Below, piece after piece: positions 43,902 to 53,622 of a DNA stretch of 64,000 bases. Both the position numbers and the translations under genes were made by a program. The notes beneath the pieces were generated by a model. It was not told where the DNA came from and made no database searches. It worked only from the letters and a program-made list of their open reading frames with translations. The stretch comes from Chloroflexota bacterium (lineage in GTDB: Bacteria; Chloroflexota; UBA11872; VXOZ01), in NCBI GenBank assembly GCA_963663275.1, contig OY760183.1, positions 800,001-864,000 of the forward strand, given 5' to 3'. Positions within the stretch are counted from its first letter, which is position 1. The number at the start of each line of letters is the position of its first letter.

Positions 43902-44978
43902 CTAACCGCCTCCGCTTTGCTCGCCGCCGGCGCCGTGTTCGCCGCCGGACCCTCCGCCACTGCCATGCTCGCCGCCACCTTCGCCGCCCGACTCGCTTCC
44001 CACGCCGCCGCCGACTTCCGCGTGCGCTATCCACCCGGTGAACGCTGCCGCCGTCGCGGCCAGGTTGACCGCTGCCACTTCGCCCGGAGCCATGTCAAGC
44101 GGAGTCGTCGGGCCAAGTTCCGCTCCGTTCGATAAATGCACCTCGATTCTAACGCGGCGCAGGACGCCGTCGGTGGTGTTCTCCACCGTGCCCTTGAAGG
44201 TATTGCTGGGAGCGTCATACTTGAGGATCAGCCGGGCGCCGCCGCGGACCACGTCGAAGGTCTCATCCGGCGCCAGGAAATTGCCGTTGCCTTCATCGCC
44301 GCCGGATGCGGCAGATTCACCACCACTTTCGCCACCGGCGGCTTCCGTGCCTTCGCCTCCGGTGTGCGCTACCGGGCCGGGGCCGCCGCAGTCGAATACT
44401 TCCAGGTGGACGACGTATCCGTCGTAGAAAACTCCCGCCAGTTTCGGTTCACTGGCAACCGACAGGCCGGACGTTGCTTCCTGTCCGGGACTCAGGTGTC
44501 CCAGCTTCTCCGGGCCAAGCTCTCCTACCGTCTTCGTCCCTGACTTCAGATGCGGTTCGGCTTGCACGTAGCAAAGCCGCTGCGCGAGCGAGTTGCGCAC
44601 TGTCGCGCGGACGGTCCGGGTGGCGGCCTCGTACCGGGCGGAAACGGCCAATCCGCCGAGGACACCGCGCCACGACTGCTCGAGAGGAACGATAGGGCTC
44701 GACATCGCGGCTTCCCCGGTCTCTCCACCGCCGTCCGAAGCGGTACCGCCATTGCCGCGTTCGCTGGATTCGTTGTTTGCACGTCCACTGCCGTGCTCGC
44801 CGCCGGAGTGGGCGCCCTCGCGCGCGGCGATGCCTCGACTTTCCGCGGCGCGGCCGGCAGCTTGTCCGTCTCGGTGGCCGGTAGCCACCGCACAGCCGCT
44901 AATCATCATCGCGGCGAGAATTGCCGCTGCAACCGGCAGAATGAGCAACTCTCGCGTCTTCCGCTTCTTCCGAATCAT
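43902..44978 (-). CDS. Hypothetical lipoprotein with two internally duplicated beta-rich domains and Gly/Glu/His-rich linkers
   Basis: MMISGC lipobox; ARYEAATRTVRATVRN...EPHL...GELGP versus LKYDAPSNTFKGTVEN...EVHL...AELGP; GGEHG repeats. Confidence 0.7.
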   Translation of the reverse strand: MIRKKRKTRELLILPVAAAILAAMMISGCAVATGHRDGQAAGRAAESRGIAAREGAHSGGEHGSGRANNESSERGNGGTASDGGGETGEAAMSSPIVPLEQSWRGVLGGLAVSARYEAATRTVRATVRNSLAQRLCYVQAEPHLKSGTKTVGELGPEKLGHLSPGQEATSGLSVASEPKLAGVFYDGYVVHLEVFDCGGPGPVAHTGGEGTEAAGGESGGESAASGGDEGNGNFLAPDETFDVVRGGARLILKYDAPSNTFKGTVENTTDGVLRRVRIEVHLSNGAELGPTTPLDMAPGEVAAVNLAATAAAFTGWIAHAEVGGGVGSESGGEGGGEHGSGGGSGGEHGAGGEQSGGG

Positions 44979-45140
44979 CCTGTCGCCTCCTTCGTGAAGT
45001 ATCTGTAATACTCCCCACGATAGAGGTGAATTGTGGCAGAATTATGTCGTGCCGCGGCCGTGACCGGCCTGCGGCGCGTCAGCCAACGTGGTACCATTGC
45101 CGCCAGAAAACATGTGTCGGCTAACGAGGATGGGTAGGCT

Positions 45141-45977
45141 ATGGCATTCCGGTACGCGTTCTGCAACGAGGCCTTCGAGGATTGGGAATTCGGGCGCATC
45201 TGCGACTATCTGGCCGAGCACGGCTATGAGGGGATCGAGGCGGCGCCGTTTACGTTCGAGCAATCGGTCTTCGACATCACACCCGAGCAACGCGCGGGCG
45301 CGCGGCAGGCGGCCGCCAACGCCGGACTGGAGATCGTGGGGCTGCACTGGCTCCTGGTCGGGCCGGACGGCTTGCATCTCACGCATCCCGACGCGGCGGT
45401 GCGGCAGCGCACGGCGGACTACCTGCGGGGTCTGATCGCCCTCGGCCACGACATGAACGCGCCGTATCTCATCTTTGGCTCGCCCAACCAGCGCAACCTG
45501 CCGGAGGGCGTGGACTACGAGCAGGGCATGGCGTTCGCGGCGGAGGTCTTTCAAAGCGTCTGCGACGAGGCGCAGCAAGCCGGTACCATGATTGCCATCG
45601 AGCCGCTCGCGCCGCCGCTCTGCCAGTTCATCACCACCGCGGCGCAGGGCGCGGACCTGGTGCGCCGCGTGAACCATCCCGCGTTCACGCTGCACCTGGA
45701 CGTGAAAGCCATGGAGAGCGGCGAATCCCAGCCGCCCGCCGACGTCATTCGCGCGCACGCCGGCGCGTTCCCGCACTTCCACGCCAACGACGAGAACATG
45801 AAAGGGCCCGGCTTTGGCGCTACCGACTTCGTGCCTATCATGCAGGCCCTGAGCGACACCGGCTACGACGGCTACGTCTCCATCGAGATCTTCGAGTTCG
45901 ACCCCCATGCGTCCGTGCAGGCGCGGGAGGGCATACGCCACCTGCGGGAGTGCGCGGCGCAGGTGGAGAGCGGCTAA
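45141..45977 (+). CDS. Sugar phosphate isomerase/epimerase (xylose-isomerase-like TIM barrel)
   Basis: GYEGIEAAP, IAIEPL, HLDVKAM, HFHAND and GYVSIEIF motifs. Confidence 0.85.
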   Translation: MAFRYAFCNEAFEDWEFGRICDYLAEHGYEGIEAAPFTFEQSVFDITPEQRAGARQAAANAGLEIVGLHWLLVGPDGLHLTHPDAAVRQRTADYLRGLIALGHDMNAPYLIFGSPNQRNLPEGVDYEQGMAFAAEVFQSVCDEAQQAGTMIAIEPLAPPLCQFITTAAQGADLVRRVNHPAFTLHLDVKAMESGESQPPADVIRAHAGAFPHFHANDENMKGPGFGATDFVPIMQALSDTGYDGYVSIEIFEFDPHASVQAREGIRHLRECAAQVESG

Positions 45978-46033
45978 GGCCGCCTGAGCATTGGCAACGA
46001 TTCTTTCGCTTACTCTTGGAGAAGGACAACGGC

Positions 46034-47197
46034 ATGGCAAGCAAGCAATTCACCGTTCACGCCGGCAATCACGACCGCAATGAGTGTCCGGTCTGGGCAG
46101 CCGCCGGCGGCCTGGACGCCGGGGCGAGTTACGTTGTGCGCGACGACGAGACCGGCGCAGACCTGCCCGCGCAGGTCGTGGCGGGCGACTCCGGCGCACA
46201 GTTGGTGTGGGTTGTGCCCGCCCTGGACGCGGGCGCATCACGGACGTACACGGTCCACGAAGGGACGGCCCAGGGCGGCGTGACGGTTGCCGAGGGCGAG
46301 CACGGCGTGGACGTCCACGTGGACGGCGCGCTCTTCACCACCTACCGCTACGCCCCGCCGGTGGTGAAGCCCTATCTCTATCCCGTCATCGGCCCCACCG
46401 GCCAGGGCATGACGCGCAACTATCCCATGATTCCCGACGTGGCGGGGGAGAAGCACGACCATCCCCACCACAAGTCCATCTACGTCTCCCACGGCGACGT
46501 GAACGGCGCGGACGTGTGGAGCGAGGTGGAAGGCCACGGCTACCAACGGCACACGGCGTTCCTGCCGGCCTACGGCGATTGCGGCGGGCACGCCGGTGGG
46601 CCGGTGCTGGGCGCGCTGCGCTCGACCAATAATTGGACCGGGCCGGACGAACAGACGGTGGTGGAGGACGAGCGGCGCTTTACGTTCTATCCCCTGGCTT
46701 CCGGCGCGCGGCTGATCGACGTGGAGATCACGTTCCACGCCACGGCGGGGCCGGTGCGCTTTGGCGATACCAAAGAAGGCGGCGTCATCGCGCTGCGGGT
46801 CGCCACCAGCATGGACGCCTCAGACGATGGCCGCATGGAGAACGCGATCGGCGGCATTGGCGAGGCGGAGTGCTGGGGCAAGCGGGCGCAATGGCTGGAC
46901 TATACCGGCCCGGTGGACGGGCAAACGCTAGGCTTTGCGGTCTACGACCATCCTTCCAGCTTCCGCCACCCGACGTACTGGCACGCCCGCAACTACGGCC
47001 TCTTCACCGCCAATCCTTTCGGCCTGCACGACTTCTACGCCGATCCCGGCGTGGACGGCAGCCACGTGCTGCCCGAGGGCGGCCGGCTGCGCTTCAAGTA
47101 CCGCATCTACGTCCATGCCGGCGATACGGCTACGGCGCAGGTGGCGCAGCGGTACCACGACTACATCACGCCGCCGGAGGTCACCGCGGCGGAATAG
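46034..47197 (+). CDS. DUF6807 ('PmoA-like') family protein
   Basis: KPYLYPV, DHPHHKS, FGDTKEGG, DHPSS..HPTYWHARNYGLFTANPFG motifs. Confidence 0.75.
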   Translation: MASKQFTVHAGNHDRNECPVWAAAGGLDAGASYVVRDDETGADLPAQVVAGDSGAQLVWVVPALDAGASRTYTVHEGTAQGGVTVAEGEHGVDVHVDGALFTTYRYAPPVVKPYLYPVIGPTGQGMTRNYPMIPDVAGEKHDHPHHKSIYVSHGDVNGADVWSEVEGHGYQRHTAFLPAYGDCGGHAGGPVLGALRSTNNWTGPDEQTVVEDERRFTFYPLASGARLIDVEITFHATAGPVRFGDTKEGGVIALRVATSMDASDDGRMENAIGGIGEAECWGKRAQWLDYTGPVDGQTLGFAVYDHPSSFRHPTYWHARNYGLFTANPFGLHDFYADPGVDGSHVLPEGGRLRFKYRIYVHAGDTATAQVAQRYHDYITPPEVTAAE

Positions 47198-47535
47198 GCC
47201 GGGGCCGTCTCCGGTTGGCGGACAGTGCTTCTTCCTATGAAGACCTTTGCATAACCCCTTCCCCATCGAGGGGGAAGGCCGGGATGGGGGTGAAATGAAT
47301 TGACTTCATGCTGTCTTTAGTTGCAAAAGTGCCCTGGATTCCGGCTTTCGCCGGAATGACAGAGTTATTCAAAGGTCTCCTATGGGATTAGTAGCATTAG
47401 ACTTGGCAGCACTGCAGGGACGCGCTTCTGTCATTCCGAGCGGAGCGGAGCGCAGCGAGGAATCTAGGGATCCTCGCACACGAGATTCTTCGTCGCTGCG
47501 CTCCTCAGAATGACAGATAGAGCAGTCGCCTTTGG

Positions 47536-47699
47536 TGTCGCCGCGAGCAACGGCCCGCCTGTCTCCGCAAGAACAACGGCCCGGCTGTCTCCGCAAGAAC
47601 AACGGTCCGCTTGTCTCCGCAAGAACAACGGCTTGCCTGTCTCCGCAAGAACAACGGCCCGCTTGTCTCCGCAAGAGCAACGGCCCGCCTGTCTCCGCA
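47536..47699. repeat. 26-bp tandem repeat (TGTCTCCGCAAGAACAACGGCCCGCY), 5 full units plus partials
   Basis: Units at 47560, 47586, 47612, 47638 and 47664. Confidence 0.9.
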
Positions 47700-47741
47700 C
47701 AGTGAGTCCGAATCTACCCAATCCGCTTTCCTGAGCGGGCG

Positions 47742-48923
47742 CTAGTGGTGGAAGAGCCGCAGGTTGGCGAACGCCATCACCATGCCGTATTCGTCGGCGG
47801 CCTGGATTACCTCGTCGTCGCGATTGGAGCCGCCGGTCTGCGCCACGTAGCGCACGCCGCTGCGGGAAGCGCGGTCGACGTTATCGCGGAACGGGAAGAA
47901 GGCGTCGGAACTTAGCGCCACGTCCCGCAGGGTGTCCAGCCAGCGGCGCTTCTCAGCAGGCGTCAGGCGCTCAGGCGGCGCGGTGAACCCTCGCAGCCAG
48001 GCCTCGCTCTCCGCCGGGGTGAGTTCCTCCAGCAGAAAGCGGTCAATGGCGTTGTTGCGTTCGGCGCGTGAGAGCTTTGGCCGCAGGGGCAGTCCCAGCA
48101 CGGCGGGGTGCTGCCGCAGGTACCAGAGATCGGCTTTGGCCGCGGCCAGCCTCGTGCAGTGGATGCGGGACTGCTGGCCCGCGCCCAAGCCGATCACCTG
48201 GCCGTCGTAGGCCAGGCAGACGGAGTTCGATTGCGTGTACTTCACGGCCAGGGTCGCCACCAGCAGATCGCGCACCGCATTGGCGGGCAGCTCCTTCTCA
48301 GCGGTGACGATCTCCTGAAACAACTCCGGCCCCGGCACGCGGTCGTTGCGGCGTTGCTCCAGCGTAACGCCAAAGACCTCCCGCCGTTCCAGCAGCGGCG
48401 GCGCGTAGTCCGGGTCGATCTGCAGCACCAGGTAAGCGCCGCCCTTCTTGCGCCGCAGCATCTCCAGCGCCTCCGGTTCGTAGCCGGGGGCAATCACGCC
48501 GTCGGACACCTCCCGGCGGAGCAGGCGGGCCGTCGGCGTATCCACCACGTCGCTGAGCGCGGCCACGTCGCCAAATGAGGAGACGCTATCGCTGCCGCGC
48601 GCCCGCGCATAGGCCGCCGCCAGGGGAGAGAGCGCCGCCGCGCCCACGGCATAGGCCTGCCGCAGGGAGTCGCTCAGCGGGACGCCCACGGCCGCGCCGG
48701 CCGGGCTGACGTGCTTGAACGAGGCCGCCGCCGGCAGATCCAGGGTTTCCTGAAGTTCCTTGACCAACTGCCAGGCGTTGAGCGCGTCCAGCACGTTGAT
48801 GTAGCCGGGCGCGCCGTTCAGCACGGTGAACGGCAGGGGGCCGCTGCCCTCGGCCCGCAGCGCCCGCGCCGGTGTCTGGTGCGGATTCACGCCGTACCGC
48901 AACGGGAGATCGTAACTGCCCAT
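47742..48923 (-). CDS. purH: AICAR transformylase (PurH lacking the N-terminal IMP cyclohydrolase domain)
   Basis: Starts at LRYGVNPHQ; SFKHVSPAG, KYTQSNS, GAGQQSRIHC, SDAFFPFRDN and C-terminal RLFHH. Confidence 0.9.
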   Translation of the reverse strand: MGSYDLPLRYGVNPHQTPARALRAEGSGPLPFTVLNGAPGYINVLDALNAWQLVKELQETLDLPAAASFKHVSPAGAAVGVPLSDSLRQAYAVGAAALSPLAAAYARARGSDSVSSFGDVAALSDVVDTPTARLLRREVSDGVIAPGYEPEALEMLRRKKGGAYLVLQIDPDYAPPLLERREVFGVTLEQRRNDRVPGPELFQEIVTAEKELPANAVRDLLVATLAVKYTQSNSVCLAYDGQVIGLGAGQQSRIHCTRLAAAKADLWYLRQHPAVLGLPLRPKLSRAERNNAIDRFLLEELTPAESEAWLRGFTAPPERLTPAEKRRWLDTLRDVALSSDAFFPFRDNVDRASRSGVRYVAQTGGSNRDDEVIQAADEYGMVMAFANLRLFHH

Positions 48924-49084
48924 AGCCCTATCGGTCCTTCCGCGATTGTAGGAGGAATTTCCATCCTGCCGGAGCTTTCATCAATTCACTTCCACTACGT
49001 GACTTGACTGCCTCTACGTGCTTGCCATTGCGTCATTGCCACAAGGACTGTGCCGTTGCGTAACCTCGTCGGCGCGCATTGAAG

Positions 49085-49213
49085 CCCCCTCTCCCCTGGG
49101 AGAGGGCCGGGGTGAGGGGGAATCCTCGTCGGCTCGGCCGTATTCCGCGAGGTTTAGGCACGACTTACCGCACAATCTCCCCTCACCCTAACCCTCTCCC
49201 CCAGGAGAGGGGA
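49085..49213. repeat. REP family D inverted doublet (near-identical unit also at ~60834-60964)
   Basis: ccctctccc-N3-gggagagggccggggtgaggg ... ccctcaccctaaccctctccc. Confidence 0.85.
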
Positions 49214-49255
49214 CAAGAGGCGAGTGCCGACCGGCATAGTACATGAAGCTCGCAC

Positions 49256-49355
49256 TAACTCCAGCAGAGTCCCGCGTACGCCAGTAGAGTAACACTTACC
49301 CCAACAGGGTCACGCTTACTCCAGCAAAGTCACGCCTACTCCAACAGAATCACGC
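49256..49355 (-). repeat. 5 x 20-bp degenerate tandem copies of the last 20 nt (including stop) of the PBP gene
   Basis: Plus-strand units at 49256, 49276, 49296, 49316 and 49336 (ctactccaacagaatcacgc-like). Confidence 0.8.
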
Positions 49356-52224
49356 TTATCTGCGGTGTCGTTGTCAGGTTATAGGTCTTATTGTGGGCAA
49401 TGGCCTTATCGTACGCCACCACCAGGATGGTATGGACGCCGGTCGCGCCGAGCGTCTTCCAGTGTATCTCGAACGGCGGCGCGCGGCGCTCGCCGATCTT
49501 CTTGCCGTCCACGTAGAACTCCACCCGATCGAGCATCTGGTCCGAGGCGTGCGCCTGGATGAGCACGTCGCCCGGCGGCAGTTGCGCGCCGTCCAGCGGG
49601 GAGAGCAGCGTCACCTGCGGCGGCGTATTGTCCACCGTCACCCGCGCGCGCGTTTCCTGCTGCCGTCCGTTCGTGTCCTGGGCGACCACGCGCACGGTAA
49701 AGACGCCGTTCAGGCGCAGGGGGCTTGCCGTATCCCAGGCCATCAGCACGTCGTTCTCCACCGGTTCCGTGCGTTGCCCCACCAGCGTCCAGCTTGTCGG
49801 TTCGGGCCCCAGGCCGTACTCCACGCGGTACCACGCCAGGCCCGGCACCAGCACGTTGCCCCGGATTTCCAGGATGTTGCGCACGGGACGGTCCGGTTGC
49901 GGCCAGGAGAGCGCCAGCGGGGCCACCGGCGCGGGAATGTGCGTCTCCGTTGGCGGCTGGGGTATCTCTTCCTGCTGGAACCAGTCCTGCTCGTCCGGCG
50001 GGGCGATGAAGTACACGCGCTCTTCCACCTGGTCGAGCGGCGTTTGCGGCGCGGCCAGCAGCCCGCTCTCCGTATGAATCTGGAACGGCACGAAGAACGT
50101 GTCCTCTTCCGTAGGCTCCGTGCCCGCGATGAACAACTCCGTGTAGATGCCGCCGCAGTAGGGAATGTCCTGGTAGCCGGAGACCAGTTTGCACAGCGTT
50201 GCCAGCGCCTCCTGCTCGCGGGTATCGTCGCAGTGCGGCGTTGCCAGCAGGCCGGTGGCGCGGCACACCTCCACTTCCACCAGGCCGTCCGGCCGCTCGA
50301 ATTCTTCCTTGGGCAGAGAGAGCAACTCCAGCGCCGCCTCCATGAAGTTATTCCAGATCGGCCCCGCGCCGCTCAGGCCGGTGGTGTCCTTCATGGGGCG
50401 GCCGTCCGAGTTGCCCACCCACACGCCGACCACCAGGCTGGGCGTATAGCCCAGCGTCCAATTGTCCTTGGAGTCGTCCGTGGTGCCGGTCTTGGCGGCG
50501 GCCGCGCGTTCGTCCAGTTTCAGCCAGCTATCCTCGCCGAACAGCGGGATGCGCGCCACGTTATCGGAGAGGATGCTGGAGATCTGGTAGGCAATCTGCG
50601 GGGAGAGCGCCTGGGTTCCCGGCGGCGGTTCATAGGCGTAGAGCACGTTGCCGTTGGAATCCGTCACGCGCAGGATGGCTTCCGGCGCGCGGTAGAGGCC
50701 GTTGGTGGCGAAGACGCTGTAGGCGCTGGCCAGGTCCAGCAGCCGCACCTCCGCGCCGCCCAGCACCACCGCCGGGCCGTAGTACGTCTCGTCGGTAAAG
50801 CTGGTGATGCCCAAGCGCCGCGCCATGGCGATGCCGTGGTTCACGCCCACGGCCTGCACCGTCTTTACCGCCGGAATGTTGTAGGAGTTCGCCAACGCCG
50901 CGCGCACCGTCGCCGGACCGTGAAACTTCTTGTCATAGTTCTCGGGCGCGTAGATAGGCGAGCCGGGGATGGTGACGGTGTACGGCACGTCCCAGATGAG
51001 CGTGGCGGGCGTCCAGCCCTCCTTCTCGAACGCGGCCGCGTAGAAGAGCGGTTTGATTGCCGACCCCGGCTGCCGCAGCGAGGTCGTCACGTTCACCTGC
51101 CCGTCGATTGAGCGATCGCGGTAGTCCACGCTGCCCAGCATGGCCAGCACTTCCGCGGTCTTGGGGTCCAGCGCGATGAGGGCGGCGTTGCTGGCGTCGT
51201 GGACGGCCAGCCGGGAGATGTGTTCCCGCGCCACGCGCTCGGCCTCCGCTTGCAACTCGATGTCCAGCGTGGTGGTAACGTGCAGGCCGCCCTGGTAGAG
51301 CGTCTCGGCGCCGTACCGCTCCTCCAGCAGCGCGCGCACGTAGAAGACGAAGTGCGGCGCGCGCAGCGGTTGGCTCTGCTCGTTGTAGTCAAGCTCGGCG
51401 GCATACGCGGCGTCGGCTTCCTGCCGCGAGATGAAGCCGTTGTCCACCATCTCGTTCAGCACGTATTGCTGGCGCGCTTTGGCGCCTTCCACGTTCACGA
51501 ACGGGTTGAGGCGGCTGGGCCCCTGCACGATGCCGGCCAGCATCGCGGCTTCCGGCAGGGTGAGTTCCCGCGCCGGCTTGTCGAAATAGACCACGGAGGC
51601 GGCCTCGATGCCGTACGCCAGGTTGCCAAAGGCAATCAGGTTCAGGTAGAGCGCCAGGATTTCATCTTTGCTGAAACGCTCGGCAATCTGCACCGCCAGC
51701 AGCAGTTCCCTGAGCTTGCGCTCCACGCTGAATTCGGGCGTGAGGAAGACGGCGCGGGCGAGTTGCTGCGTAATCGTGCTGCCGCCGCCGGCAAAGTTGC
51801 CCGTCACCACGCCCAGCACGGCCCGGGCAATGCCGCGCACGTCGTACCCGGGATTGGTGTAGAAATTCCGGTCCTCGGCGGCGATGATGGCCTGCTTCAT
51901 CACGGCCGGAATCTCGTCGTAGGAGAGCACGGTGCGCTGCCCCTCGGTGGGGTCGTTGACGGTGTAGAGCAGCACGCCGTTGCGATCGTAGATCTTGCTG
52001 CTCTGATGCACGGGCAACGTCTGGAGTTCCGTGGGGTCGGGCAAGTCCTGCGTCAGGTAGAGATAGACGCCGCCGACCCCGGCGCCAACCGCGGCGGCGC
52101 CGAGGAACATGAGGCCGAAGAAGATCCCGGCCGCGATGAGGAAGAAGGTGAATACGGAGAACGACCCGTTGCCGCTTTGGCGATTCCTGCGCCGACGCCG
52201 CCGGGCCAATTTCGAGGCTGCCAA
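49336..52224 (-). CDS. Class A penicillin-binding protein (PBP1A type) with C-terminal Ig-like domains
   Basis: Transglycosylase AAEDRNFY, GGSTITQQL, RKLRE; transpeptidase PGSAIK, SYN, KTGT; C-terminal VTVDNTPPQV...VEFYVDG. Confidence 0.92.
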   Translation of the reverse strand: MAASKLARRRRRRNRQSGNGSFSVFTFFLIAAGIFFGLMFLGAAAVGAGVGGVYLYLTQDLPDPTELQTLPVHQSSKIYDRNGVLLYTVNDPTEGQRTVLSYDEIPAVMKQAIIAAEDRNFYTNPGYDVRGIARAVLGVVTGNFAGGGSTITQQLARAVFLTPEFSVERKLRELLLAVQIAERFSKDEILALYLNLIAFGNLAYGIEAASVVYFDKPARELTLPEAAMLAGIVQGPSRLNPFVNVEGAKARQQYVLNEMVDNGFISRQEADAAYAAELDYNEQSQPLRAPHFVFYVRALLEERYGAETLYQGGLHVTTTLDIELQAEAERVAREHISRLAVHDASNAALIALDPKTAEVLAMLGSVDYRDRSIDGQVNVTTSLRQPGSAIKPLFYAAAFEKEGWTPATLIWDVPYTVTIPGSPIYAPENYDKKFHGPATVRAALANSYNIPAVKTVQAVGVNHGIAMARRLGITSFTDETYYGPAVVLGGAEVRLLDLASAYSVFATNGLYRAPEAILRVTDSNGNVLYAYEPPPGTQALSPQIAYQISSILSDNVARIPLFGEDSWLKLDERAAAAKTGTTDDSKDNWTLGYTPSLVVGVWVGNSDGRPMKDTTGLSGAGPIWNNFMEAALELLSLPKEEFERPDGLVEVEVCRATGLLATPHCDDTREQEALATLCKLVSGYQDIPYCGGIYTELFIAGTEPTEEDTFFVPFQIHTESGLLAAPQTPLDQVEERVYFIAPPDEQDWFQQEEIPQPPTETHIPAPVAPLALSWPQPDRPVRNILEIRGNVLVPGLAWYRVEYGLGPEPTSWTLVGQRTEPVENDVLMAWDTASPLRLNGVFTVRVVAQDTNGRQQETRARVTVDNTPPQVTLLSPLDGAQLPPGDVLIQAHASDQMLDRVEFYVDGKKIGERRAPPFEIHWKTLGATGVHTILVVAYDKAIAHNKTYNLTTTPQISVILLE

Positions 52225-52395
52225 GAGCGCGTATCCTCACAAGTGGTCTGCCGCTGCACGTCCCCTTAACTGTACCACCACCCGCGCGCAAGCGCGGCGG
52301 GCGGGGCGCATTAAAAACGCGGAGCCGATGGCTTCCGCGCAGTGTCGCGATTCTGTTGTTTCCTGCGGCGATGTTTCCGCGAGTTCAGCGCCTCG

Positions 52396-53622
52396 CTAGC
52401 GCAGCCACTTGTTGGGGTTCTGGGGCACCTTGTCCAAGCGTATCTCGAAGTGGAGATGCGGGCCGCTGGTGAAACCGGTCATGCCGACGAAGCCGATCGT
52501 CTGGCCTTTGTGCACGGGGCTGCCCTCCTTCACCGGCAGCGAGCGGGAGTCGTCCAGGTGGGCGTAGACGGATGCCTCATGCACACTGTGCTTAATGACG
52601 ACCATCATGCCGTAAGAACTCCAGCGGTTGCTCGGTATGGCGTAGCCGACCTTGATCACGACTCCATCCTGGCTGGCGACGACGGGCGAAAGGCGCGCCA
52701 CGGCGTAGTCTATGCCGCTGTGGAAGGCTTGCAGCCACGTGCGCACGCCATATCCGGCGCTGACCCAACCGCCCGCCGGACGGCGCCAACCGGCTTCCGC
52801 ATACTCTGGCAACAGGATGTTATTCTCCCGCATCCACCTTTCCGCCGCCTCGATATCGGCCGCGAGCGCCTGATCCTCGGCCTTCCTACGCTCAATCTCA
52901 TATTGTAGCGATTGGTTCCGCTGCGAGGCGCTGGCGGCTTCTCGCTCGGCATTGACGAGCAGGGTCTCTCTATTAGCCAGTAAGCTCTGCAGTTCCTCCT
53001 TCTGACGATCCAATTGCCGCTTCAGCGCGTCCACCTCCGCCTGTTTCTCCAGGAGCGTGGCGCGCTTGACGCCCAAGCCCGCCCTGCGCTCTTGGGTGGC
53101 GCGAACGTTGCGGAGGTCAACGTCGAGAATGCGCTGGAAGAGTGTGATTCGGTTCAGCGCTTCGGAGAAGCTGGAGGAGGTGAGGATCACCTCAAGAGGC
53201 GAAACGCGGCTGAGTTTGTAGACCGCGCGCAAGCGGCCGCTCGCAATCTCCTGCTCGTCGGCGAGAATGGCCTCTTCACGGGCGGTTTCTTGGGTAAGGC
53301 GGTGGATATCAACCTGAAGCCGATCGATTTCAAACTGCGTAGCGTTGACTTCTTCGATTTTGGCATACAGCAGGGCTTCAGCTTCTTGGAGATTGTTAGC
53401 GGCGGCGTCCTGTACCCGTTTCGTCCGCGCAACTTCCTGCTGGGCTAGTTCCTGTTGGCTCTTTGCGCGCTCCAACTCCTGTAGGTTCTGTTCCTGCTTC
53501 TCTTGCAACTGCCTGATGTATTCATTGTCATAGGTGTCATCCGTGCTCTCTGAGGCGAAAACAGCATTAGGCGCTGCCGCCAACATGGCCAGCAATGAAC
53601 CAAGTACGCTACGCCGTCGCAC
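52396..53622 (-). CDS. EnvC/CwlO-like coiled-coil + M23 peptidase
   Basis: Long coiled coil; HSGIDY, YAHL and GPHLHFEIR (Zn ligands intact); N-terminal RRR signal peptide. Confidence 0.88.
   Translation of the reverse strand: MRRRSVLGSLLAMLAAAPNAVFASESTDDTYDNEYIRQLQEKQEQNLQELERAKSQQELAQQEVARTKRVQDAAANNLQEAEALLYAKIEEVNATQFEIDRLQVDIHRLTQETAREEAILADEQEIASGRLRAVYKLSRVSPLEVILTSSSFSEALNRITLFQRILDVDLRNVRATQERRAGLGVKRATLLEKQAEVDALKRQLDRQKEELQSLLANRETLLVNAEREAASASQRNQSLQYEIERRKAEDQALAADIEAAERWMRENNILLPEYAEAGWRRPAGGWVSAGYGVRTWLQAFHSGIDYAVARLSPVVASQDGVVIKVGYAIPSNRWSSYGMMVVIKHSVHEASVYAHLDDSRSLPVKEGSPVHKGQTIGFVGMTGFTSGPHLHFEIRLDKVPQNPNKWLR

Noticed and set aside
46034-47197. Methane monooxygenase (from the 'PmoA-like' family label)
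   Set aside because: A soluble beta-rich protein in a sugar-catabolism context, with no TM helices and no pmoCB neighbours.
47536-47699. Possible mini-CRISPR or iteron array
   Set aside because: Head-to-tail 26-bp units without spacers; no rep or cas gene nearby.
49393-51111. Long antisense ORFs (572 aa here; also 31154-32698, 56461-58173, 61936-63435)
   Set aside because: Typical GC-rich antisense shadows of well-supported genes, without recognisable motifs.
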